From NCBI GenBank assembly GCA_963707915.1, contig OY970178.1, positions 1,152,001 to 1,216,000 on the forward strand: a DNA stretch of 64,000 nt, read 5' to 3'. This document shows, one piece after another, positions 30,327 through 38,424 of this stretch. The notes beneath the pieces are model-generated. The model worked only from the letters and a program-made list of their open reading frames with translations, did no database searches and had not been told where the DNA came from. Each line of letters starts with the position of its first letter. Positions within the stretch are counted from its first letter, which is position 1. Source of the DNA: Candidatus Eiseniibacteriota bacterium (GTDB lineage: Bacteria; Eisenbacteria; RBG-16-71-46). The position numbers and the translations under genes were made by a program.

Positions 30327-30727
30327 CAGGCGGCCCTGCGCTGCGGCCGCACGTCACGGAGGTCCGCCGCCCGCCGCAGCGAACGGTGCACGGCGTGGCG
30401 GAGCGCGTCCATGGCGAACGGCTTGGGGAAGCACTCGAAGACGCCGGCGGCGGCGAGCGCGCGCAGCGTCTCGGGGCTGCCGTAGGCGGTCAGGATGATG
30501 ACCGGTAGGGTCCGGCGGCTGCGCGCCAGCTTGCGGGCCAGGTCGAGACCGCTCATGCCCGGCAGGCGCAGGTCGGAGATCACGAGGTCGCACTGGTCCT
30601 GCTGCAGCCAGCCCAGCGCCTCCTCCGCGGACGAGAACGTGTCGATGCTGAAGCCGTCGTCCGAGAGCCCCTCGGCCAGGGCCCAGGCGGTGCTCGGTTC
30701 GTCTTCGACGATCAGGATGTGGGGCAT
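30326..30727 (-). CDS. Single-domain response regulator (receiver)
   Basis: Motifs ILIVEDE, ISDLRLPGMSG, ILTAY and KPF; GGAG RBS. Confidence 0.92.
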   Translation of the reverse strand: MPHILIVEDEPSTAWALAEGLSDDGFSIDTFSSAEEALGWLQQDQCDLVISDLRLPGMSGLDLARKLARSRRTLPVIILTAYGSPETLRALAAAGVFECFPKPFAMDALRHAVHRSLRRAADLRDVRPQRRAA

Positions 30728-30763
30728 GAGCGTGGATCTCCGTTGGGTGCGGGAGCCTCGATT

Positions 30764-30780
30764 TGCACCCCGCGTGCCAG
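30764..30780 (-). promoter_or_regulatory. Sigma54 (-24/-12) promoter
   Basis: CTGGCACGCGGGGTGCA on the minus strand, with exact GG-N10-GC spacing, ~36 nt upstream of the receiver gene. Confidence 0.85.
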
Positions 30781-31195
30781 CAGGAGACCCGGTGCCGCGG
30801 AGGCGGGCCGCGGGGCCCGGGAGGAGGCCGGGAGCCGGGTCGGCGCGCCCGCCACCTCGTTCACGCGCGCAGGATTAGCCCTGCCGGGCCGGGGGCTGGC
30901 GCGCGTGCCCCGCTCCCCGGGGCGGAGGCGTCGACCCGGCCGTGTCGCAACGGGCAAGCCCGGCCTTGCAGGATGCCCGCCCAACCTCGTTCCGCCCGGG
31001 TCCCTCGCGCGACCGCTTCTTGACCGCGGGTGGCCCGGGAGGGGCCCGGCGTGTGCGCGTCGCGCCGGGCCCCCGGGAAGCGCCCACGCGCGGGGAGCGC
31101 CGCGACCCGGCCGGGGCCGGGCGGCCGGGGACGCGCGCCCCGCCCGCGGCGGCGTGCGCCGCCGCAGAACGCCCGGAGGAGGGACCTTCAGCCGA

Positions 31196-32617
31196 TCAGA
31201 GGTCCTCGCCCGCCTCGTCCGGGTCGTCGCCGAGCGCGTAGTCCTTGAGCTTCGTGCGCAACGTCTGGCGCGAGATGCCCAGTTGCTTCGCGGCGAGCGT
31301 CTTGTTGCCACCGCACACTGACAACGCGTGCTCGATCGCCAGCTTCTCGACCTCGACCAGCGGCCGCACCACTCCGGGCAGGAACACCCCCGCCGCCGAA
31401 GCCGGGGCGCGGGGCCCCCCGCGCGTTCCGGTCACCTCCGGCGGCAGGTGCTCGACGCGGATCTCGTCCTCGGCCTCGAGCAGCACGACGCGCTCCATCA
31501 GGTTCCGCAGCTCCCGGACGTTTCCCGGCCAGGCGTAGTCGAGCAGCACGCGCAGGGCGTCGGGGTGCAGCCGCGCCGTGGGGCGGCCCAGCTCGCGGCA
31601 GAACTGGGCGACGAAATGCTCGGCCATGAGCGGCACGTCCTCACGGCGCTCGCGCAGCGGCGGCACCTCGATGGGGACCACGTTGAGGCGGAAGTAGAGG
31701 TCCTCGCGGAAGCGCCCCTCCGCCACCGCCTTCGGCAGGTCGCGGTGGGTGGCGGCGATGACGCGCACGTCCACGGTGATGTCGCTCCCGCCGCCCACGC
31801 GGCGGAAGGTGCGGGTCTCGAGGACGTGGAGCAGCTTGGCCTGCAGGCCCGGGGTCATCTCGCCGATCTCGTCGAGGAACAGCGCGCCGCCGTCGGCCAG
31901 CTCGAAGAGGCCCTTCTTGAAGCGCTTGGCGTCGGTGAAGGCGCCCTTCTCGTGTCCGTACAGCTCGCTCTCCAGCAACTGCTCGGGGATGGCGCTGCAG
32001 TTGAGCTCCACGAACGGGCCATCGGCGCGCGCGCTGTGCGCATGGAGGTAGCGCGCCAGCAACCCCTTGCCCGAGCCGGTCTCGCCGCGGACCAGGATGG
32101 TCGCGGTGCCGCTCTTGCCCGCCTTCTCGAGGCGCTTGAGCGCGAGGCGCAGGCCCGGGCTCTCCCCGATGATGGGCGGGCACTTCTCCAGCCGGGCGCT
32201 CGCGACCTCGCGGCGCAGACGCCCGCGCTCGAGCGCGCGCTTCAGCACGATGCCGAGGTGCTCGAGGTTCGGGGGCTTGAGCATGAAGTCGAAGGCCCCC
32301 AGCCGGGTGGCCTCGACCGCGTGCTCGATGGTGCCGTGCCCGGTGAGCATGAGGACCGGCAGGTCCGGCTCCTCGGCGCGCAGGCGCCGGAGCACGTCGA
32401 GCCCGTCCTCGGCCCCCAGCCTCAGGTCGAGGATGACCGCGTCGACCGACCGGTCGCGCACGTGATCGATCGCCGTCCCGCCGTCCTCGGCCTCGAGGGG
32501 GTGGTAGCCGGCATCGCGCGCCCACTCGCCGATGCTGAAGCGCAGCGAGCGCTCGTCGTCAACGATGAGCAGCGTCTGAGGGGCCTGCGTCCGCGGCGCT
32601 GCTTCGTCTTTCGCCAT
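31196..32617 (-). CDS. Sigma54-dependent response regulator (NtrC/AtoC/FleR-like REC-AAA+-HTH)
   Basis: Motifs [48 protein letters not shown] and a Fis-type HTH. Confidence 0.96.
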   Translation of the reverse strand: MAKDEAAPRTQAPQTLLIVDDERSLRFSIGEWARDAGYHPLEAEDGGTAIDHVRDRSVDAVILDLRLGAEDGLDVLRRLRAEEPDLPVLMLTGHGTIEHAVEATRLGAFDFMLKPPNLEHLGIVLKRALERGRLRREVASARLEKCPPIIGESPGLRLALKRLEKAGKSGTATILVRGETGSGKGLLARYLHAHSARADGPFVELNCSAIPEQLLESELYGHEKGAFTDAKRFKKGLFELADGGALFLDEIGEMTPGLQAKLLHVLETRTFRRVGGGSDITVDVRVIAATHRDLPKAVAEGRFREDLYFRLNVVPIEVPPLRERREDVPLMAEHFVAQFCRELGRPTARLHPDALRVLLDYAWPGNVRELRNLMERVVLLEAEDEIRVEHLPPEVTGTRGGPRAPASAAGVFLPGVVRPLVEVEKLAIEHALSVCGGNKTLAAKQLGISRQTLRTKLKDYALGDDPDEAGEDL

Positions 32618-33791
32618 GTCGCTTCTCCACGTGGAAATCCAGGAGCACGGTGGTGCCGCCGCCCTCGCGGCTCGCGACCTCGATCGCGCCGCCGTGCTCC
32701 TGCATGATGGTCTGGCAGATGGACAGCCCCAGCCCGCTGCCCTTCGGTTTGGTCGAGAAGAACGGGTCGAAGAGCTTGTCGAGCGCGCCCCGCGGGATCC
32801 CCGCGCCGCTATCGGTCACGCGGATCTGCTGGATGGCGATCCACTCCCCCGGCGCGGTGCCGTGCGCCGAGCGGAGCGCGCCGGCCCGGCGTTCCGGACC
32901 GTCCCCGGCCCGGCGTCCGGGACCACGCGGGGCCCGGCGGCGGCGGGTCATGCGGACCTCGTAGCGCAGCGTGCCGCCCTGCGGCATGGCCTGCACCGCG
33001 TTCAGCGTCACGTTGAGGACGACCTGCGTCACCAGGTCGGCATCGATCCAGACCGGCCGGAGCCCGGGCTTCGCCTCGACCTCGACGCGCACGCCGGACC
33101 GGGCGAACGAGTCGGCCGAGAGCTCGACGACGCGCCGCACGCAGTCCTCGAGCCGGCCGGGCCTCAGCTCGGGGGTCCGCGGGCGCGCGTACTGCAGCAG
33201 GTTCGTGACCAGCCGGTCGAGCCGCGCCACCTCTTCGAGGATGACGCTCACGAAGCGCGCCCGCGGGTCGCGGGGCTCGAAGCGCCCCAGCAGCACCTGC
33301 GCGCTGACGCCGATGCCGGCCAGCGGGTTGCGGATCTCGTGCGCCACTCCCGCCGAGAGCTGGCCGATGGTCGCGAGGCGCTCGTTGCGCCGCAGCTCCT
33401 GCTGCATCCGGCGTGGCTGCGTGAGATCGCGCAGCACGAGCAGGACGCGCGCCGGGCGGCCGAAGCGGAAGCCCCGCAGGAGCACCGGCACCTCGCCCCC
33501 ACCGCGCGGGGCGAGCATGATCTCGCGCTGGGTCGTCTCGGCGCCGAAGGTCTCGGCGACCGGGTCGTCGCCGGGCACGACGGTGCGTACCAGCCCGGAG
33601 GCGGCGCGCCCGCGGACCACGGTCCCCCGCAGTCCGAGCAGGCGCAGGGCCGCCGGGTTCGCGGCCGTCACGCGGCCCCGCGGGTCGAGCAGCAGGACCC
33701 CGTGCTCGACATCGGCCATGAGCAATCGGCCGGCAGCCTCCACGGGTGCCGTTCCCTCAGCGCGTGCGCGGACCGTGCGCTTCACCGGCAT
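32559..33791 (-). CDS. Cytoplasmic PAS sensor histidine kinase (NtrB/FleS-like)
   Basis: PAS segment ANPAALRLLG, AHEIRNPL, NAVQAM, DSGAGI, PFFSTK and GSGLGL; no TM segment. Confidence 0.93.
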   Translation of the reverse strand: MPVKRTVRARAEGTAPVEAAGRLLMADVEHGVLLLDPRGRVTAANPAALRLLGLRGTVVRGRAASGLVRTVVPGDDPVAETFGAETTQREIMLAPRGGGEVPVLLRGFRFGRPARVLLVLRDLTQPRRMQQELRRNERLATIGQLSAGVAHEIRNPLAGIGVSAQVLLGRFEPRDPRARFVSVILEEVARLDRLVTNLLQYARPRTPELRPGRLEDCVRRVVELSADSFARSGVRVEVEAKPGLRPVWIDADLVTQVVLNVTLNAVQAMPQGGTLRYEVRMTRRRRAPRGPGRRAGDGPERRAGALRSAHGTAPGEWIAIQQIRVTDSGAGIPRGALDKLFDPFFSTKPKGSGLGLSICQTIMQEHGGAIEVASREGGGTTVLLDFHVEKRHGERRSSAADAGPSDAAHR

Positions 33792-33837
33792 GGACGCTCC
33801 ATCGTGCGCGCAGTATCGCAGAGGAGGACCGCAAACC

Positions 33838-33862
33838 AAAAGCCCGCCGGGGCGGCGGGCTT
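33838..33862 (-). terminator. Intrinsic terminator after csrA-flgM
   Basis: Minus-strand hairpin GCCCGCCG-CCC-CGGCGGGC followed by TTTTGGTTT. Confidence 0.8.
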
Positions 33863-34118
33863 ATCGGTCCGTCAACTCCTCCAGGATCGCGTCCAGCAGC
33901 TTCTCACGCACGTCCGCGCGGTCGTAGAAGCCGGCGGCGATGCGCGCGCGCGCGGCCTCGACCCGGGACCTGCGCACGTCCGCCTCGCCACGTGAGCGCT
34001 CGGTGCCCGCGGGGGGCACCAGTCGGATGCGCGCGCGGCGCAGGGAATCCCGATCGAGGACTCCCGTGCCGCCTGCGTCGGCGAAGCCGGTCGCGGACGC
34101 CTCGTCGGCGGCCGTCAT
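33861..34118 (-). CDS. flgM: FlgM-like anti-sigma28 factor
   Basis: 85 aa; low-complexity N-terminus, then DVRRSRVEAARARIAAGFY...KLLDAIL, matching the FlgM C-terminal D.R..+V..++..I..G.Y pattern. Confidence 0.75.
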   Translation of the reverse strand: MTAADEASATGFADAGGTGVLDRDSLRRARIRLVPPAGTERSRGEADVRRSRVEAARARIAAGFYDRADVREKLLDAILEELTDR

Positions 34119-34131
34119 GCCGGCACGGGGG

Positions 34132-34380
34132 TCAGCGGGAGCCGCCCGCCTTGCCCGGATCGCCCCTGGTACCCGGCGGTCCCGGCTCGCCCGGCTTTCC
34201 CTGCTGCGCGCGACGGGTTTCCTCCTGGATGCGGGCATAGATCTCTTCGCGGTGGACCTTCACCTCGGGCGGCGCCTCGATGCCGAGCTTCACCTGGCCC
34301 GAGCGCACTTCCAGCACGGTGATCTTGACCGAGTCCCCGATCCGGATGTTTTCGCCTAACTTCCTTGTTAGGACCAGCAT
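34132..34380 (-). CDS. csrA: Carbon storage regulator CsrA/RsmA
   Basis: [16 protein letters not shown]...[24 protein letters not shown]. Confidence 0.97.
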   Translation of the reverse strand: MLVLTRKLGENIRIGDSVKITVLEVRSGQVKLGIEAPPEVKVHREEIYARIQEETRRAQQGKPGEPGPPGTRGDPGKAGGSR

Positions 34381-34435
34381 CTTGGAACTACCTCCGCATC
34401 TTTACGGGGCAGCCGTCACTCCTGCATCATGGAAC

Positions 34436-34463
34436 GTATCGGCTTGGGCCGCGCATGACTTGA
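34436..34463 (-). promoter_or_regulatory. Putative sigma28 promoter of csrA-flgM
   Basis: TCAAG-N15-GCCGATAC on the minus strand. Confidence 0.75.
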
Positions 34464-34760
34464 CGCGAGAATAGACGGAATCGTCCGGGCATTCAAAACC
34501 TGCGTCACCCGGGCCGGCGGGGTAGCGCGGCCCGGACCGGTCCTTCCACCCACCGGCCGACGAGCCCCGGGCCGGTCCACCACGGGCACCGGCGCGCACC
34601 GGATCCCCATCGTCATTTCCATGCACGCCATGCGATTACAGGCCTGAGCCAAGACGGTACTCGAACTCCGGCAGAGGCGGGCATGCGGCCGGCCATCACG
34701 CCCCGTAACGGCGGCTGGCGGGGCCGATGGTGCGCGGGACGCGGGTGCGTCCCGAAAGGC

Positions 34761-35237
34761 TCAGTCGCCCCAGCGCCCCGGGACGCCGAAGCCGGGATAG
34801 TAGCCGGGGTACTGGTACTGCAGCGGCGAGCGCAGGTCCTGGTATTGGATCTGGAACTGCATCGAGCGGCTCGGCTGGTAGGCGAGGCTGAAGCCCTGCA
34901 GGTAGAACGACTGACCGTTGCGCGGGGTGTTGGCTCCCCACGCGTTGCCCAGGCTCACGCTCATCGCGACCGGGACCTTGAAGCTGTAGCTGAGCGTCGT
35001 CACCTGCAGCGCGCTCGTGCCGCGCGAGCCCCATCCCGACGAGCCCACGCTCACCATGGACGAGACGTGCAGTCGCGACGGATCGATCCAGTCGCGGGCC
35101 AGGCCGAAGGCGCTGACCGGGACGCGGGGGCTGAACAGCGGCGCGCCGCCGATCATGCCGGCGATCGAGTGGCCAGCGAGGCAGACGGCAAGGATCACGG
35201 ACACCAAGGCGGGCACGACGATCCGGCGCAGGTTCAT
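34761..35237 (-). CDS. Exported hypothetical beta-rich protein
   Basis: Signal peptide MNLRRIVVPALVSVILAVCLAG, alternating beta-strand pattern, Tyr/Pro/Gly-rich tail. Confidence 0.75.
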   Translation of the reverse strand: MNLRRIVVPALVSVILAVCLAGHSIAGMIGGAPLFSPRVPVSAFGLARDWIDPSRLHVSSMVSVGSSGWGSRGTSALQVTTLSYSFKVPVAMSVSLGNAWGANTPRNGQSFYLQGFSLAYQPSRSMQFQIQYQDLRSPLQYQYPGYYPGFGVPGRWGD

Positions 35238-35244
35238 GGCTCGA

Positions 35245-35273
35245 ACGTTAAGAACCCGGCGGGCCGGTGTCAA
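35245..35273 (-). promoter_or_regulatory. Sigma70 promoter for a leaderless mRNA
   Basis: TTGACA-N17-TAACGT-N7-ATG. Confidence 0.7.
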
Positions 35274-35368
35274 CTGGATTGTGGCCACGGTGCGCCCCTC
35301 GACGACCTCGACCCGCGCGGTCTGGCCGCGCGGGTCCAGGTCCGGAGATCCGGAACGTCAAGCTCCTG

Positions 35369-36418
35369 TCAGGCTTCCACCTTGAGGACGATGCGCAGGA
35401 CGATCTCCTGCGCCGCGCCGCGCGGGATCGTGACCGGCACGACGAGCTCGGCGGGCCCGGCCTTCGGCGTCTCCGTCGCGACCGTCGCGACTACCGCAAG
35501 CGGCGCGACCGGCGCGACCGCGGGGGCCGCAGCGGACGCGACGACCGGCGCGGGGGCCGTCGCCTGGCGCGGAGCCGGCTGGGCCTCCGCGGCGGCCACG
35601 GTCTTCAGCCGCGGCGCGCTCTCACCGGGGAGCGTGATCTCGCGCCCGTACTCGAGACCCGCCACCACCGCGTCGTTCTCCCGCGCGATGGTCTCCTGCG
35701 CCTCCTGCGCGATGGACCACTGGGGCGCCAGCGGCGACGCTGCCTGCGTGCGCGAGGGATCCGCCTTCGCCGTCGGCTCCGCGCCACCCGGGACCGGGCG
35801 CGAGGCCGCGCTCGCGAACGGCGTGCGGCGCAGGTCCTTCGTCACCTTCTCCATGAGCAGGTGCGAGACGCCGCGGAAGGTCTCGAACACGCCCTTGCCG
35901 GTCGGGGCCACCGCCTCGAAGCTCGGCACCTTGCCCCCCGGGTTCAACTCGGCGTCGAGTTCCTCGACCGAGTAGACGTTGGGGAGATCGCGCTTGTTGT
36001 ACTGGATCACCCACGGGGTCTCGTCGAGGCTCAGTCCGTACTCGGCGAGGTTCGTCTTCAGGTTGAGGAGGCTCTCCTTGTTCTCCTCCATCTTGCCGAC
36101 CTCGCTGTCGGCGACGAAGACGATGGCGTCCGCTCCCTTGAGCACGAGCTTGCGGGTGGCGTTGTAGAACACCTGGCCCGGCACCGTGTAGAGCAGGAAG
36201 CGGGTCTTGAACCCCATGATCTCGCCCAGGTCGAGCGGCAGCAGGTCGAAGAAGAGCGTCCGGTCGGACTGCGTCTTCATGCTGACCATCTTGCCGCGGC
36301 TGGTATCGGGCACCGCCTCGTAGATGGCCTCGAGGTTCGTCGTCTTGCCGCTCAAGCCCGCACCGTAGTAGACGAGCTTCGCGTTGATCTCCTTGCCCGA
36401 GTAGCTCACGACAACCAC
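35369..36418 (-). CDS. mglA: MglA-family small GTPase with a ~150-aa C-terminal extension
   Basis: Motifs EINAKLVYYGAGLSGKTTNL, DRTLFFDLLPL, YTVPGQVFYNATR and QYNKRDL; AGGAGG RBS before the GTG. Confidence 0.9.
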   Translation of the reverse strand: MVVVSYSGKEINAKLVYYGAGLSGKTTNLEAIYEAVPDTSRGKMVSMKTQSDRTLFFDLLPLDLGEIMGFKTRFLLYTVPGQVFYNATRKLVLKGADAIVFVADSEVGKMEENKESLLNLKTNLAEYGLSLDETPWVIQYNKRDLPNVYSVEELDAELNPGGKVPSFEAVAPTGKGVFETFRGVSHLLMEKVTKDLRRTPFASAASRPVPGGAEPTAKADPSRTQAASPLAPQWSIAQEAQETIARENDAVVAGLEYGREITLPGESAPRLKTVAAAEAQPAPRQATAPAPVVASAAAPAVAPVAPLAVVATVATETPKAGPAELVVPVTIPRGAAQEIVLRIVLKVEA

Positions 36419-36692
36419 GGCGCGTCCCTCCTGATGCGACCCCACACTGTCACAAAGCCGGATCCCATGGAGCCCCTTGCCGCCCTTCTCCACGGAGACC
36501 TTGAGAGCGGACGATCCGTCCCTGTCGATCGCCGGGCGCGAAGGCCCGTGATCGGGACGGCCGGCACCGCCGCATGGGGTCGCAACGCTGGTTGGGGGAG
36601 CTCCGCCCCGCCCGCCCGGGAGCCCTGCACGGATTCCCGATGCGGTCGGACAGGTGAAGTCACGATGCGGAGCGCCACCCTGTCAGGTGGGC

Positions 36693-36720
36693 TTATCGGC
36701 GCGGGGAGCGCGTTCCCTTA
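36693..36720 (-). promoter_or_regulatory. Putative sigma28 promoter upstream of mglA
   Basis: TAAGG-N15-GCCGATAA on the minus strand. Confidence 0.65.
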
Positions 36721-36847
36721 GCGAAAAGGCGGAGGAGCGCCAGGGGCCGCCGGGTCGGCGCGGACGGGCCCCGGCTGCGCCGGGAGGCGGGCGCGGGGGG
36801 CCTGCCCCGGCGCGGGGCGCAGCCCGCAGGGCGCGGGCGCCCGCCGG

Positions 36848-37270
36848 CTAGAGGCCGGATCCCGCCAGGGCGCTCTCCCGACGGAGGAAGACGCCGGGGC
36901 GCTCGCGCAGGTGGGGCTGCATGCGACAGTCGGCGCGCTCGTAGTGGCTCAGGAAGATGCGCTTGAGCTCCTCGCAGCGGTCGCTGGCGAAGTAGCGCCG
37001 GGCCCGGGTGAACATCTCGTCGCGCTCGGAGTACACGAAGGCCGTGACCTCCGTGACCCGCTCGTACTGCGACTCCCCGTACGCCGCGCCGGGGGAGTCC
37101 TCCATGTCGAGCCAGAGCGAGGCCCGCGGATTCAGGACCTCGAAGTTGTGCCGGCCGGTCATCAGGTGCTCCCACAGGCCGAAGATCTCGAGGGGCACGT
37201 ACCGCTCCGTGGCGGGCCCCGTGCCGCCGGCGCGCCGAATCTCGCAACGCATGATCTTCTGGCTGCCCAT
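36848..37270 (-). CDS. Hypothetical protein (140 aa)
   Basis: GGAGG RBS, globular-looking composition, high-GC third-position codon usage; no family recognised. Confidence 0.7.
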   Translation of the reverse strand: MGSQKIMRCEIRRAGGTGPATERYVPLEIFGLWEHLMTGRHNFEVLNPRASLWLDMEDSPGAAYGESQYERVTEVTAFVYSERDEMFTRARRYFASDRCEELKRIFLSHYERADCRMQPHLRERPGVFLRRESALAGSGL

Positions 37271-37445
37271 GACGCCAACCCTCCCGCAGGACCGGGACGG
37301 ACCACCCATTGTCGGGACTTCGCGAGTCATCGTATTCCTCCGGTCGAACCCGGTCAACGGTCGAGGGGTCCGGGCCGCGCACAAGTCCATGCTCCGCCGC
37401 GCGCTGGGCGGTTCCCCGGTCCCGCCGAGAGTGCTGGACCGATAC

Positions 37446-37475
37446 TTGACATCGCTTCCGGGCCGAAAGTAGTTT
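37446..37475 (+). promoter_or_regulatory. Putative sigma70 promoter of the acyltransferase-GT4-MFS operon
   Basis: TTGACA-N18-TAGTTT. Confidence 0.55.
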
Positions 37476-37530
37476 CGGACCGCTCGGCCGGCCTGTCGCG
37501 CGCCGCCGCGAGCAGGGAGTGGGGAACAGG

Positions 37531-38424
37531 ATGTCTCGACTCGTCTACGGCTGGCTTACCGCGCTCGTCGCGAGCATGCCCCTGTGGCTGGGCTATGCCC
37601 TCGCCGACCTCTTCACCGACATCCACTTCCGCTTCTTCCCCGCCCGCCGGCACGCCGCGCTGGCCAACCTGACCGCGGCCATGCCCCGCGCCTCGCGACG
37701 CGAGCGCCTGCAGGTCGTGCGCCGCATGATGTGCAGCTACAACCGCATGATGTTCGAGTTCTTCCGGCTGCCGCACCTGAGCCGGCAGGGCCTGCTGCAC
37801 TCGGTCCAGGTGGTCGGGCGCGAGCACCTCGAGCAGGCGGTCTCCCGCGGACGCGGGGTGATCCTGACCTCCACGCACATCGGCAACTGGGAGCTGGCCG
37901 CCGTGGTGCTCGCGCACTGGGGCTACACGATGCACGCGGTGGCCGGCGTGCAAATGGGCCGCTGGCTGGGGCCGGCGGTGCGCGAGACCAAGACGGAGCT
38001 CGCCATCCACACGGTCTCCCCCGAGGACGGCTTCCGCAAGCTGTTGCGCGCGCTCGAGCACAACGACCTGGTGGCACTGATGGTGGACGGCGACATCTAC
38101 AGCCACGGCGTGCCGGTCGAGTTCTTCGGGCGCGAAACCCACTTCCCCGCCGGCCCCGGAGTGCTCGCCCAGCGCACGGGGGCCCTCATCATCTGCGGCT
38201 ACTGCGAGCGCCTCGGCCCCGGGCGGTTCCGGATCGTCATGGAGCCGGCACTCGACCCCGCGCGCTTCCCTCACACCGCGGCGCTGAACGCCGAGGTGGC
38301 CGCCATCTCCGAGCGGCACATCCGGGAGCACCTCGAGCAGTGGTGCATCTTCCGGCCCATGTGGGAAGGCTCCCCCGCCACGCAGACCGAGGCGGCGGGG
38401 GCGGCGCGGAGCGTCGAGGCGTGA
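37531..38424 (+). CDS. Lipid A lauroyl/PatA-family lysophospholipid acyltransferase
   Basis: Motifs HIGNWE, VEFFG, FPAGP and EQW..FRPMW. Confidence 0.88.
   Translation: MSRLVYGWLTALVASMPLWLGYALADLFTDIHFRFFPARRHAALANLTAAMPRASRRERLQVVRRMMCSYNRMMFEFFRLPHLSRQGLLHSVQVVGREHLEQAVSRGRGVILTSTHIGNWELAAVVLAHWGYTMHAVAGVQMGRWLGPAVRETKTELAIHTVSPEDGFRKLLRALEHNDLVALMVDGDIYSHGVPVEFFGRETHFPAGPGVLAQRTGALIICGYCERLGPGRFRIVMEPALDPARFPHTAALNAEVAAISERHIREHLEQWCIFRPMWEGSPATQTEAAGAARSVEA

Noticed and set aside
30781..31195. Riboswitch or defined enhancer palindromes in the intergenic region
   Set aside because: Only short GC-rich inverted repeats; no recognisable c-di-GMP riboswitch or NtrC/FleQ consensus.
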